A stretch of DNA of 36,950 nucleotides, from positions 1 to 36,950 of the IMG/VR virus record IMGVR_UViG_3300044852_000022, one strand, 5' to 3'. This DNA comes from a virus (Duplodnaviria > Caudoviricetes). The notes below the pieces were generated by a model. The model was not told where the DNA came from, made no database searches, and saw only the letters and a list, made by a program, of their open reading frames with translations. A program made the position numbers and the translations under genes. Below are positions 9,741-18,810 of this stretch, piece after piece (position 1 is the first letter of the stretch; every line of letters starts with the position of its first letter).

Positions 9741-11040
9741 CCAAGAGCTACAACTGGCGGCTGAAATGGCCGCTATCTCCGCAGTTAAGTCTGCTGAGAT
9801 TGTTAGCTTGGCCAAAGACACTGGCGACCTTGATCGTTTCCAGAACCGTCTGGACGACAGCAAGAACCGGGTCGGCATGGTAAAGGCGGTGCTGGAAGGC
9901 ACTGAACCCCACCAGGTGACCCCTGAGCTGGCCAATGCCATGGACGCCTCGCTGGTACGCTCCAACGTCGACATTCCGCCTGTAAGCGGTTTGGACAGCG
10001 TAGAAGGCGCGGAAGCCCTCGGACGCACCCTGATGCCGGAAGATTACCTCATGACCCGCCTAATGGGCTGTGAGAGCTTCCTGGGCGACTTCTTCCGCAA
10101 GTCTAAGGAAGTGGTCGTTCATATCGGCGATGGTTTCCGTGAAGCTTACATTGTGTTCACGCAGAACCAGGACAGCCTGATGGAAGCGGTTGAGGCTTTG
10201 GAACGTGGTATCGACACCACTCCGAGCTTTGATGAGAACCGCGAAAGCCTGTTGCTCGGTGCTCGCCTGTATAACCTGTTTAAGGTTAACGGCAAGATCA
10301 GCGGCGACTGGACAGGTGATGTCAGCAAGCTGAGTCGCACTATCTCGGCAGTGAGTTCGAACTACTACCTCAACAGCAAGAACAACATGAATGCAGTCCT
10401 GAGCTACTTTGGCGGGTTTGCAGGCATGGATCAAGCGTTGGGGTTGGAACGTTTCCTCGATCTACCGTCTACTCTGCCGTCGACTCCGTTCAAGGAATGT
10501 AACAAACCCAACAAAGACTTCACCACTGGTCGTGTAACAGCGAAGCAGTCGGTTGAGTTGATGGGCGGCGCGTACTTCATTGACATCCGTCAGACCAAGC
10601 CGAACTACCGCATGCACACGCCGGACGACGTCGAGCAGTTCCTCCAGATCTACCTCAATGAGGAGTTGACTGGGTTCGAGAACAGCTCGGAGATCATCTA
10701 TCCGAAGCTTGGTAACGAAGTGAAGAGTCTTTCCTCCCAGCAGATTAAGGTAATTGCAAAACACCTGAAAGAGCTGCTGAAGGAATGGACCAAGGTCTTC
10801 GAAGCTGGCGATAAGTACAAACTCACGGACAACGATTACAACGATGTTGCCAAGGGTATCTACGAGTCGCAGATGGACGATGAACTCAAGGACAAAGTCC
10901 TCACGGCGTTCTCGCAGATCGTGCGCAAGAACCAGATGGAGCTGCTCACGCTTCGTTCTACTCTGACCAGCTACTTGACCCTGGTGATTCACGGCTTGAT
11001 TGAGCTGTCGAACCTCTCGGTTAAAGCCAACACCCCGTAA
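9727..11040 (+). CDS. processed head protein (phiKZ gp92/gp93-type paralogue), ~437 aa
   Basis: GGAGGAG RBS at 9711-9717 supports ATG 9727. Acidic propeptide with EGAE and MGCE|SFLGDFF sites. ELMGG motif. Confidence 0.6.
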   Translation: MGQINQELQLAAEMAAISAVKSAEIVSLAKDTGDLDRFQNRLDDSKNRVGMVKAVLEGTEPHQVTPELANAMDASLVRSNVDIPPVSGLDSVEGAEALGRTLMPEDYLMTRLMGCESFLGDFFRKSKEVVVHIGDGFREAYIVFTQNQDSLMEAVEALERGIDTTPSFDENRESLLLGARLYNLFKVNGKISGDWTGDVSKLSRTISAVSSNYYLNSKNNMNAVLSYFGGFAGMDQALGLERFLDLPSTLPSTPFKECNKPNKDFTTGRVTAKQSVELMGGAYFIDIRQTKPNYRMHTPDDVEQFLQIYLNEELTGFENSSEIIYPKLGNEVKSLSSQQIKVIAKHLKELLKEWTKVFEAGDKYKLTDNDYNDVAKGIYESQMDDELKDKVLTAFSQIVRKNQMELLTLRSTLTSYLTLVIHGLIELSNLSVKANTP

Positions 11041-11056
11041 GGGGAAGGAACTGGTT

Positions 11057-12067
11057 ATGAGCACAAAGCAACTGTACCGCAACTGCTTGGACAATCGTCT
11101 CGAAAATCTGGGCGTTGAGAATGACCTGTGGTCGATGGGTCGTCAACTGGCTGATACGCCTCATCGGGTAAAGGTTCAGGTAGACGGCAACGAAGACTTT
11201 ATGGAGAACGTCAAGGAGCTTGGCTCTGGCATGCTCGAGGTCAGCAAGTGGGTCGGCGGTAAAACTATCGACCTGTTTGGCAAGGCTTTGGGTGCAGCAG
11301 GCTCCGGGTTGTACCGTGCCTTCAGTGACAACGATACCTTGATCCGTAAGCTGATGCAAAACTTCAGCAAGGTCGAGGATCATGAGTTGAACCTCAGCAA
11401 AACCACGATTGCTCTGTTGACGGCTAATGGCGACATTGGTCATATCAGTCATGATATGGACACTTTGCTGAGTGCACTGGACTCATTGGACAAGCACAGC
11501 AAAGATATTCTGAGTTACCTGGACAAACAGCTGATTGTTGCCCGTAAACTCAAAGGGGTTTCTTCGTCTGAAAACATCTTCGCGATTGTGGAGGAGTTCG
11601 AGGCGGTGAAGTACCCTACGTTTAAACTGCCACATTCCAAGGCAGCCACAACGTACTCAGATACCCTGCCAGGTGGCAAGGTCTGGGAATGTGTATACGG
11701 TGACGGCAAGAATCCGAAATATGTTATAGGTGGAGACGCGCCTGCTGAATCTGGGTCTACCGTGACTTTGTCGAAGTCTGAAGTCAGTGCAATTCTGACC
11801 AAGCTGGACAAGATCAACTCCATGCACAAGCGCTTGAAGGCATCTTACGACAGTTACTTGAGCTTTATCAAGAGCTGGGGTGAGATGGTTAAGTCAGTCG
11901 ACGCTAACCTCAGCAAGCTGGATAAGGTTAGTTCAAGTGCTATGGCAGAGGGTGAGAAACTCCTCGGCGGTGAGGCCAATGCTTTGGCATTCTATAGCGG
12001 ATTCACTCCTCGGGTGGTCAGCTACACCGACAGGTACATTCATGGTGTGCTTGGTGTTTTCGCTTGA
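11057..12067 (+). CDS. processed head protein paralogue, ~336 aa
   Basis: AAGGA RBS supports ATG 11057 (MSTKQ). DGNE|DFMENVKE site. TLPGGK motif parallels ELMGG in the neighbouring gene. Confidence 0.6.
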   Translation: MSTKQLYRNCLDNRLENLGVENDLWSMGRQLADTPHRVKVQVDGNEDFMENVKELGSGMLEVSKWVGGKTIDLFGKALGAAGSGLYRAFSDNDTLIRKLMQNFSKVEDHELNLSKTTIALLTANGDIGHISHDMDTLLSALDSLDKHSKDILSYLDKQLIVARKLKGVSSSENIFAIVEEFEAVKYPTFKLPHSKAATTYSDTLPGGKVWECVYGDGKNPKYVIGGDAPAESGSTVTLSKSEVSAILTKLDKINSMHKRLKASYDSYLSFIKSWGEMVKSVDANLSKLDKVSSSAMAEGEKLLGGEANALAFYSGFTPRVVSYTDRYIHGVLGVFA

Positions 12068-12118
12068 TGTTTAATTAAACACTCAATTTTCCTTCGTTAA
12101 CGAAAAAGGATACATGTA

Positions 12119-13384
12119 ATGAGCCTCGACTTTCTTGATATGTACAAAGGCGCCGAAGAACTGGAACTGGGCGGCGGCGCTGCTGGCGTAGTTGACGCGG
12201 TTGAAGACGTCGTCAAAACCGAAATCGCTGAAGTGACCGTGGCGATCGAAGAGCAATCCCAGCAAGTTGAACAGCTGGTTGCCAAGGTCGACGACCTGGA
12301 AGAAGCTGTCGAAGAAGCGACCGAAGTCGTTGAAGGCATGGAATCCCTGCTGAACTCCGGCAACTTCAACAGCCTGGCCTTCGCCAACCTGTACAACCGC
12401 GGCGTGAAGCTCGGTAACAAGCTGGGCGCAAACATCCAGGGCGACCGCATGGGTGCTGAATCCATCACCGACGCTTCGACCGCTCAGATGTATGCTCGCC
12501 AGGGCATCGAAGGCATCATGGACTCGATCAAGGAATACGGCCGTAAGGCTATCGAGTTCATCAAGCACATCTTCAACACCGTCATCAACTTCTTCGTGTC
12601 GATCTTCGACAAGGCTTCTGCGATCGAGCGTCGCTGCGAGCAGCTGAAGAAGCGCCTGGAAGACGGTTCCAAAGTCAAAGAGACCATCAAACTCGGCGGC
12701 TGGAACGTCTACATCGACTATGCCAACAAAGGCATGAGCAGCATCAAGTCGAAAGGCTTCGAAAACTCCCAGGCCGCGGTCACCAAGCTCACCGAGCTGG
12801 GCAAGAACGTCAACGGCATCACCCTGGAAGAGTTCAAGTCGGCTTACGCCGGTGTTGTCTCCGCGATCAAGTCGGACGCCAAGTCGGCCGGCAAGTACAA
12901 CGAGAAGAAGGCCGGTACTCACGACGTGCTGATCGGCGTGATCAACGGTGTTCGCATCCAGGCGTCGTTCATCGACAGCGACATCAAGAACATGGCCGAC
13001 GCGGCCAACGCTGCACGCTCCCTGAAGTTCGTGGTCATGAAAGACCCGGAAGCCAAGAAGCTGGTCGGCGGTTCCGATGTCAAAGCCAAAATGGACAAGT
13101 CGGCTCTGCTGAAAGAGATCGGCGAAACCAAAGGCGTTGCTACCGGCATCCGTATGGCCAAAGTGGCCAAGGCCTTCAGCGCTGCCGAGCGTGATCGCGT
13201 GATCGGTTCCCTGAACGCTGTCAAGGCTGGCGACAACGACCAAGCGTCGGAAGTCAACGCCAAAGTGACCCTGGTTAAAGCGGTGTACAGCTCGGCTTCG
13301 ACTGTTACCACCAACATGACCAAGTTCATGATCAACGTTGCCGGCGCTGCGCTGGACTGCGTTGCAGCTCACATCGCCCTCTAA
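12119..13384 (+). CDS. high-copy inner-head protein (phiKZ gp93/95/97; SPN3US gp53/54-type), 421 aa
   Basis: Very acidic propeptide with several G-x-E sites (GAE, GME, GAE, GIE|GIMDSIKE) then an amphipathic helix. Extreme codon bias similar to the capsid gene. AAGGA RBS. Confidence 0.7.
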   Translation: MSLDFLDMYKGAEELELGGGAAGVVDAVEDVVKTEIAEVTVAIEEQSQQVEQLVAKVDDLEEAVEEATEVVEGMESLLNSGNFNSLAFANLYNRGVKLGNKLGANIQGDRMGAESITDASTAQMYARQGIEGIMDSIKEYGRKAIEFIKHIFNTVINFFVSIFDKASAIERRCEQLKKRLEDGSKVKETIKLGGWNVYIDYANKGMSSIKSKGFENSQAAVTKLTELGKNVNGITLEEFKSAYAGVVSAIKSDAKSAGKYNEKKAGTHDVLIGVINGVRIQASFIDSDIKNMADAANAARSLKFVVMKDPEAKKLVGGSDVKAKMDKSALLKEIGETKGVATGIRMAKVAKAFSAAERDRVIGSLNAVKAGDNDQASEVNAKVTLVKAVYSSASTVTTNMTKFMINVAGAALDCVAAHIAL

Positions 13385-13419
13385 GGCGTCGTAGCTGTTG
13401 CTGTAACACCGTAAGGTAG

Positions 13420-13449
13420 CTACTAAGGGCGAGCAATCGCCCTTAGTAG
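13420..13449 (+). terminator. intrinsic terminator
   Basis: 13-bp stem CTACTAAGGGCGA, GCAA loop, TCGCCCTTAGTAG, with a T-rich run shortly downstream. Confidence 0.85.
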
Positions 13450-13526
13450 TCTTATGGCTGCATTTTGTTTTTTCAAGGGATGCTATAGGTTTTGCTACAT
13501 ATCCTTTTTTAACAGGTAATTTAACC

Positions 13527-14585
13527 ATGACGCAACCAGTGCTTGCTCGTCGTTTTATCAATACGCCCACTGTTGAAGCACTCTACAACGCCGAGAATCC
13601 TGAGAGCGTTGTGGATGCCCCAGATGACAAGATCGATGACCTGTCGGATGAATACGACAAGGTGTCGGGTACCGAGTCGTTGTACTACCAATACATCTTC
13701 TCGCACATTCCTCGCCAACAAGATCTGAGCAGTGTTCAGGGTAACGAAGGTTTCCTGAGCTGGATCAAGGACATGGTGGGCGCTCTGATCACTGCTGTGA
13801 AGAACTTCTTCAAGTGGGTGTTCAGCTTCTTTACGGGCAAGAAGGAAGTGGCCGCTCGTAAGAACAAAAACCTCCTTGAGAAGTTGGACGCCAATGGGGT
13901 TAAGAAACACTTCACCCATTACCCAACCGGTTATATGAACTTCTGGGCTAGCAAGGCAAAGATCCCTGCTAACCTGGATTGGATGCCGAAGGCCATTACC
14001 GAGTGGAACGCAGCTGCTGCCAAAGTATCTGCCTACACCAAAGAAGTGGGCGATACGGTCAATGAGGCTGAGCGGCTGTATATCTCCAGTGGACAACTTA
14101 GCAAGGTTAAGGGTGAACTGGAGAAGCTCTTTAAAGACCACCAGGCTGCGCTGGTCAAGATCTTCGGTAAAGACCCGGCTCCTTTCATTGGTGGGACGAA
14201 CATCTCCATCACTGCACACGGCAAGCTGTCGCTGAAGGCCGATCCTGATCTGTTGGAGTCGGATAAGAACGCCGGCTTTATCAGTACCGAGACCACCACT
14301 CGTGCATTAGCCAAAAGTCTTCAGACAATGAACACTACCTTTGATGGCATGATCCAGAAATCTGTCACGCTGGAAAAGGTCTTTATCAGCGGTCTCAACA
14401 AGAGCCTTGAGTTCGCCAACCAAATGGAGATAAACGACGAGGCTGCGGCTAAGGCTGTGAGCAGTAGCTTGCAGGAGATCGTCCGTAACGGCATGGCAGG
14501 TATCAAGATCTTGGAGACACTCGTGTTCAAGGTGTACAGCAGCGCGAGTGATATCGTTAACAGCAGCGTAGAAACCAAAGGGTAA
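13527..14585 (+). CDS. processed inner-head protein paralogue, 352 aa
   Basis: SGTE and QGNE|GFLSWIKDMVGALITAVKNFFKWVFSFF give the cleavage site plus amphipathic helix signature. Confidence 0.65.
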   Translation: MTQPVLARRFINTPTVEALYNAENPESVVDAPDDKIDDLSDEYDKVSGTESLYYQYIFSHIPRQQDLSSVQGNEGFLSWIKDMVGALITAVKNFFKWVFSFFTGKKEVAARKNKNLLEKLDANGVKKHFTHYPTGYMNFWASKAKIPANLDWMPKAITEWNAAAAKVSAYTKEVGDTVNEAERLYISSGQLSKVKGELEKLFKDHQAALVKIFGKDPAPFIGGTNISITAHGKLSLKADPDLLESDKNAGFISTETTTRALAKSLQTMNTTFDGMIQKSVTLEKVFISGLNKSLEFANQMEINDEAAAKAVSSSLQEIVRNGMAGIKILETLVFKVYSSASDIVNSSVETKG

Positions 14586-14591
14586 TCAATC

Positions 14592-15074
14592 ATGCGCTTG
14601 AATTGCTTTAACAAAACGCTGTTGGTCGCCAAGGCTATGGAACAGCAAGGCATCGAAGGAGTTAACCCTCGTTTCGGAGCAGGTCGTTCCGTTAGCGATA
14701 CCGTGTTCAGTTATCTTGAGCTGGGTGGATCTGGTAGCGGGCAGCTGATTGATAAGGTCGACCTGGGGGAACTGTTTAAAGACATTCCCCAGGACATCAC
14801 CGGGCTCACCTTCGGTACATCAGAACTGATCAACCTGCAAGACATCCAAGACCTGGTCGATAGCCGGGTGGAAGAAAGCATTGTGGTTGGTGAGGAACCC
14901 CTGACTGACCAAAGTGACGAATTGACCGGCTTGTTTTACAACTGGCTGCGTCTTGTTGGCCTAAGCGACCTGTCCCGGTTTGAAGTGGATCTGGGTACGA
15001 GTGAGGGTTATCTCCACGTAACGGCTCAACGGGCTACGTACTACCGTGGCACTGTGATCATCAAGTATCAGTGA
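14592..15074 (+). CDS. putative virion protein, 160 aa
   Basis: AAGGG RBS, lies within the structural operon. C-terminal KVDLGELF...YYRGTVII pattern. Confidence 0.6.
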   Translation: MRLNCFNKTLLVAKAMEQQGIEGVNPRFGAGRSVSDTVFSYLELGGSGSGQLIDKVDLGELFKDIPQDITGLTFGTSELINLQDIQDLVDSRVEESIVVGEEPLTDQSDELTGLFYNWLRLVGLSDLSRFEVDLGTSEGYLHVTAQRATYYRGTVIIKYQ

Positions 15075-15084
15075 GGGGTGTGGA

Positions 15085-16518
15085 ATGAATTTGTATTTTG
15101 AGCTGGGCCTGGTCAGTTTATTGCTAACTGGCAGAGCGGCTAACCTGAACGCTGAAAACAATCCAGTGATGGTCGACCTGCTGCGCTCTATGGGTCTTGA
15201 CTACGTTGTGGATCAAGACAACAATGACGAGAACTCCGCTAAGGAGCGGATGATCCGTGTTGTAGGGGCTATCGAAAACCGTCTGGCTTATTACGACGGT
15301 AGCGAGTTGTTGGTCAACTGGCTGGTAAACCAGTATCTGGGCGAACTGCTGGCTGACGTTCAGAACGGTAGCTATACCCCAGAGCGTAATGTGGCCATGC
15401 AGGTCTGCGCACTGGGTAACAAGAACTCCGAGAACATGTCAGGTAACGCGGTTAACGAGTGGATCGAATGGGCTCACAAGAGGCTCCAGTTTTTCATCGA
15501 CCTTTATGAGGGTCATGAGCAACCAAACCTGGCCGTCATCCAGGCACAGATCCGTACGATCGAATACGCCGAGAAGGTGTTGAACATCGTCGACGTGTTT
15601 GTGACCAGTCGTCTGGGCATGCTCGCGGGTGTAGAAGAGTTCGCACCTTCGCAACTGGAAGAGCTGCCAGAGCCTCCAGAACCAGATTTCGAACTACCAG
15701 AAGGTTGCCAGCAGAACGCTGACTGTGCCTGTGGCTGTGTAGCCGATGGGACCATCGCCTTGATTCAAGGTATGGAAGACTACCTGAATGGTGTGGACAG
15801 TTATGCATCTCGTTACCTCATCGGTGCGGCCAGTGCCCGTGACGTGCGCATGAGCGCCGTAGAGGGCACTGAAGGTGCAATCCTTGACGGAATCAAGGAT
15901 ATGGCAATGAAGGCCTGGAGCATGATCACAGAGTCCTTTAATGCCATTAGCGAATGGTTCTCTTCCAGTGACGACAGTGGAGCAGCAAAAGCCGTGGGCG
16001 AGACAGCAGAAGCAAACAAGAAGGACCTGGCGGCAGCCAAGGAAGGTAGCGGCGACCAGATCAACCCTACTGCTAAAGCAGGGCTGGTTAAGTTGGCGGC
16101 TGAGTCTGATCCATCGGGTGAGTTCAGTACCATCGTTGGCGGTCTTAACACCAAGGCTGACGCCTCTGCTTGCCTCGACAAGTTGATGGGGCTGTTGCAA
16201 AAGCAATCGGGTAATGCGTCTACTCTGGATAAAGCGCTAGCGGATGCCAAAAAGAAACTGGCCGACCTTAAAACGGCTGCCAGCGGCGTGACTGGTAAGG
16301 ACGAGAAAAACAAGGAAGTCGTCAGTACTGCCAAGAAGGCAACGACGGAAGCTACTGCTGCTGCCAAAGAAGCGGTTAAGACCGTCAAGGATCAAGTTAC
16401 CAAACACAAGAAACTGGTCAGTGGTATCCGTAAAGCAGTACAGGGTATCTCCACCAAGATCTTCCCGGCTGCTGAACCTAAAGAAGCTAAAGACGATAAA
16501 GCCGCTAAGAAGGAGTAA
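15085..16518 (+). CDS. putative processed head protein, 477 aa, with Lys/Ala-rich C-terminus
   Basis: GAGG RBS. GVE, GME and EGTE|GAILDGIKDMAMKAW sites. Basic helical C-terminal region. Confidence 0.6.
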   Translation: MNLYFELGLVSLLLTGRAANLNAENNPVMVDLLRSMGLDYVVDQDNNDENSAKERMIRVVGAIENRLAYYDGSELLVNWLVNQYLGELLADVQNGSYTPERNVAMQVCALGNKNSENMSGNAVNEWIEWAHKRLQFFIDLYEGHEQPNLAVIQAQIRTIEYAEKVLNIVDVFVTSRLGMLAGVEEFAPSQLEELPEPPEPDFELPEGCQQNADCACGCVADGTIALIQGMEDYLNGVDSYASRYLIGAASARDVRMSAVEGTEGAILDGIKDMAMKAWSMITESFNAISEWFSSSDDSGAAKAVGETAEANKKDLAAAKEGSGDQINPTAKAGLVKLAAESDPSGEFSTIVGGLNTKADASACLDKLMGLLQKQSGNASTLDKALADAKKKLADLKTAASGVTGKDEKNKEVVSTAKKATTEATAAAKEAVKTVKDQVTKHKKLVSGIRKAVQGISTKIFPAAEPKEAKDDKAAKKE

Positions 16519-17216
16519 TGGCAATGGCCTTGGAAAACGTCCACCCGGAGATTCTTGCTCGTATCCAGAAGCAGCTTCCCGAAGGTTACACAGTTAAGAG
16601 CGCAACTGCGGAACCTACCCGTACTGCATTCCTGGTTGAGAAGGATGACGTCACCCAGTTGGCCTACATGAGTAAGGGTAACCTCTTGCAAGTGATGTCA
16701 CGCAAGGCACCTGAAGTTGTGGCTAGCGAGGGTGATCCTCTGGGTTCGATCATCCAAGAGCTATCGGACACGTACCAGCTTCATCTGTTGGATAAGGTGG
16801 ACTACAACGTTAACGGCGCTCTGGTTGAGTTTGCGGGCAAAGATCAGTACCAGGTCTCGGTTCCAATGCTGTCGTCTAGCACCAGTCTGAGCGGGGCGTT
16901 GATCTTTACCGTTAAGAACAAAGCTGCACAGCCACGTTCACAGGAACGAGCTGCGGTAGATCTGGAAGAACAACGCATACGTTTAGCGTTGGCGGGTAAA
17001 GTCTTCGAGGTTGACCGCGGTATTGGCGTACACGGTGTTTCCCAGGAATACGCGGAGATGCTGTCTGACTTCATCAGCGCCCTCGGGTTTAAGTTGAAGT
17101 TATTGGCGGAAGATTTCCAGGAAGCTATCGTGGTCAGTGAATTGAACGACGGTATCTCTCTGGTTGCGATCCTCCAGTTCTCGAGTGGCCTGGTTGTACC
17201 TGTGCGCTGGAAGTAA
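16518..17216 (+). CDS. putative virion protein, 232 aa
   Basis: AAGGAG RBS, TAATG overlap, last gene before a terminator. Confidence 0.65.
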   Translation: MAMALENVHPEILARIQKQLPEGYTVKSATAEPTRTAFLVEKDDVTQLAYMSKGNLLQVMSRKAPEVVASEGDPLGSIIQELSDTYQLHLLDKVDYNVNGALVEFAGKDQYQVSVPMLSSSTSLSGALIFTVKNKAAQPRSQERAAVDLEEQRIRLALAGKVFEVDRGIGVHGVSQEYAEMLSDFISALGFKLKLLAEDFQEAIVVSELNDGISLVAILQFSSGLVVPVRWK

Positions 17217-17230
17217 CACCCTCACTGGTT

Positions 17231-17259
17231 AGTAATGGAAGGTAACCCCTTCCATTACT
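17231..17259 (+). terminator. intrinsic terminator
   Basis: 12-bp stem AGTAATGGAAGG / CCTTCCATTACT followed by TATCTTTTTATTTT. Confidence 0.85.
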
Positions 17260-17292
17260 TATCTTTTTATTTTCATTAATGAGCGTAGGCCC

Positions 17293-18810
17293 ATGCTGAA
17301 AACAATCGTTATGTCTGAGGACGACTATGCATCGTTCTTTCGCCCAGCGGTGCTGGATTCCCTCAGATCCGTTCTAAAGTACTACGGCTTGGACAACGCC
17401 TCGCAAATCATTTATAACGGCGAGAATGATGTTGCCAAGTTGATCGGCAGTAACAGTAACGATGGCTTGCGTGGTGACATGTACACCGACGGTACTTTCC
17501 GTAACAAGCTGTACGTGGTTGTAGAGAAAGAAGATACTCCATTCAACACCGGTTATTCCAACCAGCGTCGTGAACCGACCGAGCGCCCGGTATGGTTAAC
17601 CGATGACGAAGAGCCTATGGGTTTGTACCCAGCCTTCTCCGGTGTAAAGGTTAACGTTTCTGTTGTAGCCTCGTTTAATAGCACCAAGCTGGCGGACCAC
17701 TACGTGCGTCGCATTAACCGTTTGCGCGATAACCAGGTGGCTGACATGGCCTTCAGCGCCACGGTCCACATGGGCGTGAACAACGGTATCTTGGCTTGCA
17801 TGCAGGACATTCATGGATTGCTTCTCAAGAACGATCCAACCACCCCAGAGTTCGGAGTCTGGTTCAACAAGTATTGCCAAGTGCCCTTCACCACTATCTC
17901 CAACGTGGCTGGCAATAACAAACGGCTGGTTGTTCCGCAGCGTTTGGATTACATTGGCATTAACTGGGAAGGTGCCGAGATTCAGCGTGCGCGTAAAGGT
18001 TCCACCATTGGTAAGTATGAGGTTGAATTAAAGTACTCCTTCTACTTCAACGAGTTCACCAACTGGGAGTTCTTCTACCCATTGGACGTTTACCAGGATG
18101 AGATTCCTGCCAAGTGGGTTCCTATTCCTAACGAGCAGTTCAATCGTCCATTCAACGTAAGGGTAGCGCCTGAAGTGGCTTGGGGGTTGTCTAACCAGAC
18201 AACGCGCCAGCAGGAAGCACCTTACTTCATGAAGTTGCCTAAGCACGATCCTTGGGTAATGAAGCGAGTTCCTTTTGTACAGCCGATCATCCAGGCACGG
18301 CTGTCGGTGGATAATGTCGAGAACCAGGAGTTGGTTAACATCTTCGACATTCCAGGCTTTAAATGGAATGAGCAAGTTAAGGCCTACATGCTCCGTCGTC
18401 ATGAGGTGGCGTTTACTCAATACGCTACGCCATTCCTGGTGTGGGTGTTCAGTAATAACCTGCGGATTCTCCCTACTCAGCTGAGCATGGATGAGACAGG
18501 CTCTGTAAGGCTCTCCAGACTACCTACGATGAAGAATGTGCATCACATCGTGGTAACCCTCGATTATGCGATCCGTGACTACACAGACGACTTCTGGGAG
18601 GATCTGGCAAGGAACCCTCAGGACCTCAATCTGTTGCCGGCTATCTTCCCGTGGTATCGCTGGGACAAGTTACCGGAGCCTTGGCTGGATCATATCCACC
18701 AGATCCGCAAAGACATCGACAAGGGCTTAGGTCTCCCGGGCGACAATCCAACCCGGTACATGATGAACCTCGGCCTCAACAGTTACGTATTGGTAGAGGA
18801 TAAACGCTAA
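17293..18810 (+). CDS. virion structural protein (phiKZ gp98 / SPN3US gp61-like), 505 aa
   Basis: N-terminal SFFRPAV motif, size, and position as first of the gp98-gp101-like quartet. Confidence 0.55.
   Translation: MLKTIVMSEDDYASFFRPAVLDSLRSVLKYYGLDNASQIIYNGENDVAKLIGSNSNDGLRGDMYTDGTFRNKLYVVVEKEDTPFNTGYSNQRREPTERPVWLTDDEEPMGLYPAFSGVKVNVSVVASFNSTKLADHYVRRINRLRDNQVADMAFSATVHMGVNNGILACMQDIHGLLLKNDPTTPEFGVWFNKYCQVPFTTISNVAGNNKRLVVPQRLDYIGINWEGAEIQRARKGSTIGKYEVELKYSFYFNEFTNWEFFYPLDVYQDEIPAKWVPIPNEQFNRPFNVRVAPEVAWGLSNQTTRQQEAPYFMKLPKHDPWVMKRVPFVQPIIQARLSVDNVENQELVNIFDIPGFKWNEQVKAYMLRRHEVAFTQYATPFLVWVFSNNLRILPTQLSMDETGSVRLSRLPTMKNVHHIVVTLDYAIRDYTDDFWEDLARNPQDLNLLPAIFPWYRWDKLPEPWLDHIHQIRKDIDKGLGLPGDNPTRYMMNLGLNSYVLVEDKR

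Noticed and set aside
11000-11056. Possible +1 frameshift fusing the 9727 and 11057 genes, since the downstream frame is open across the stop
   Set aside because: ACC CCG TAA offers no good +1 re-pairing, and the downstream gene has its own AAGGA RBS and ATG.
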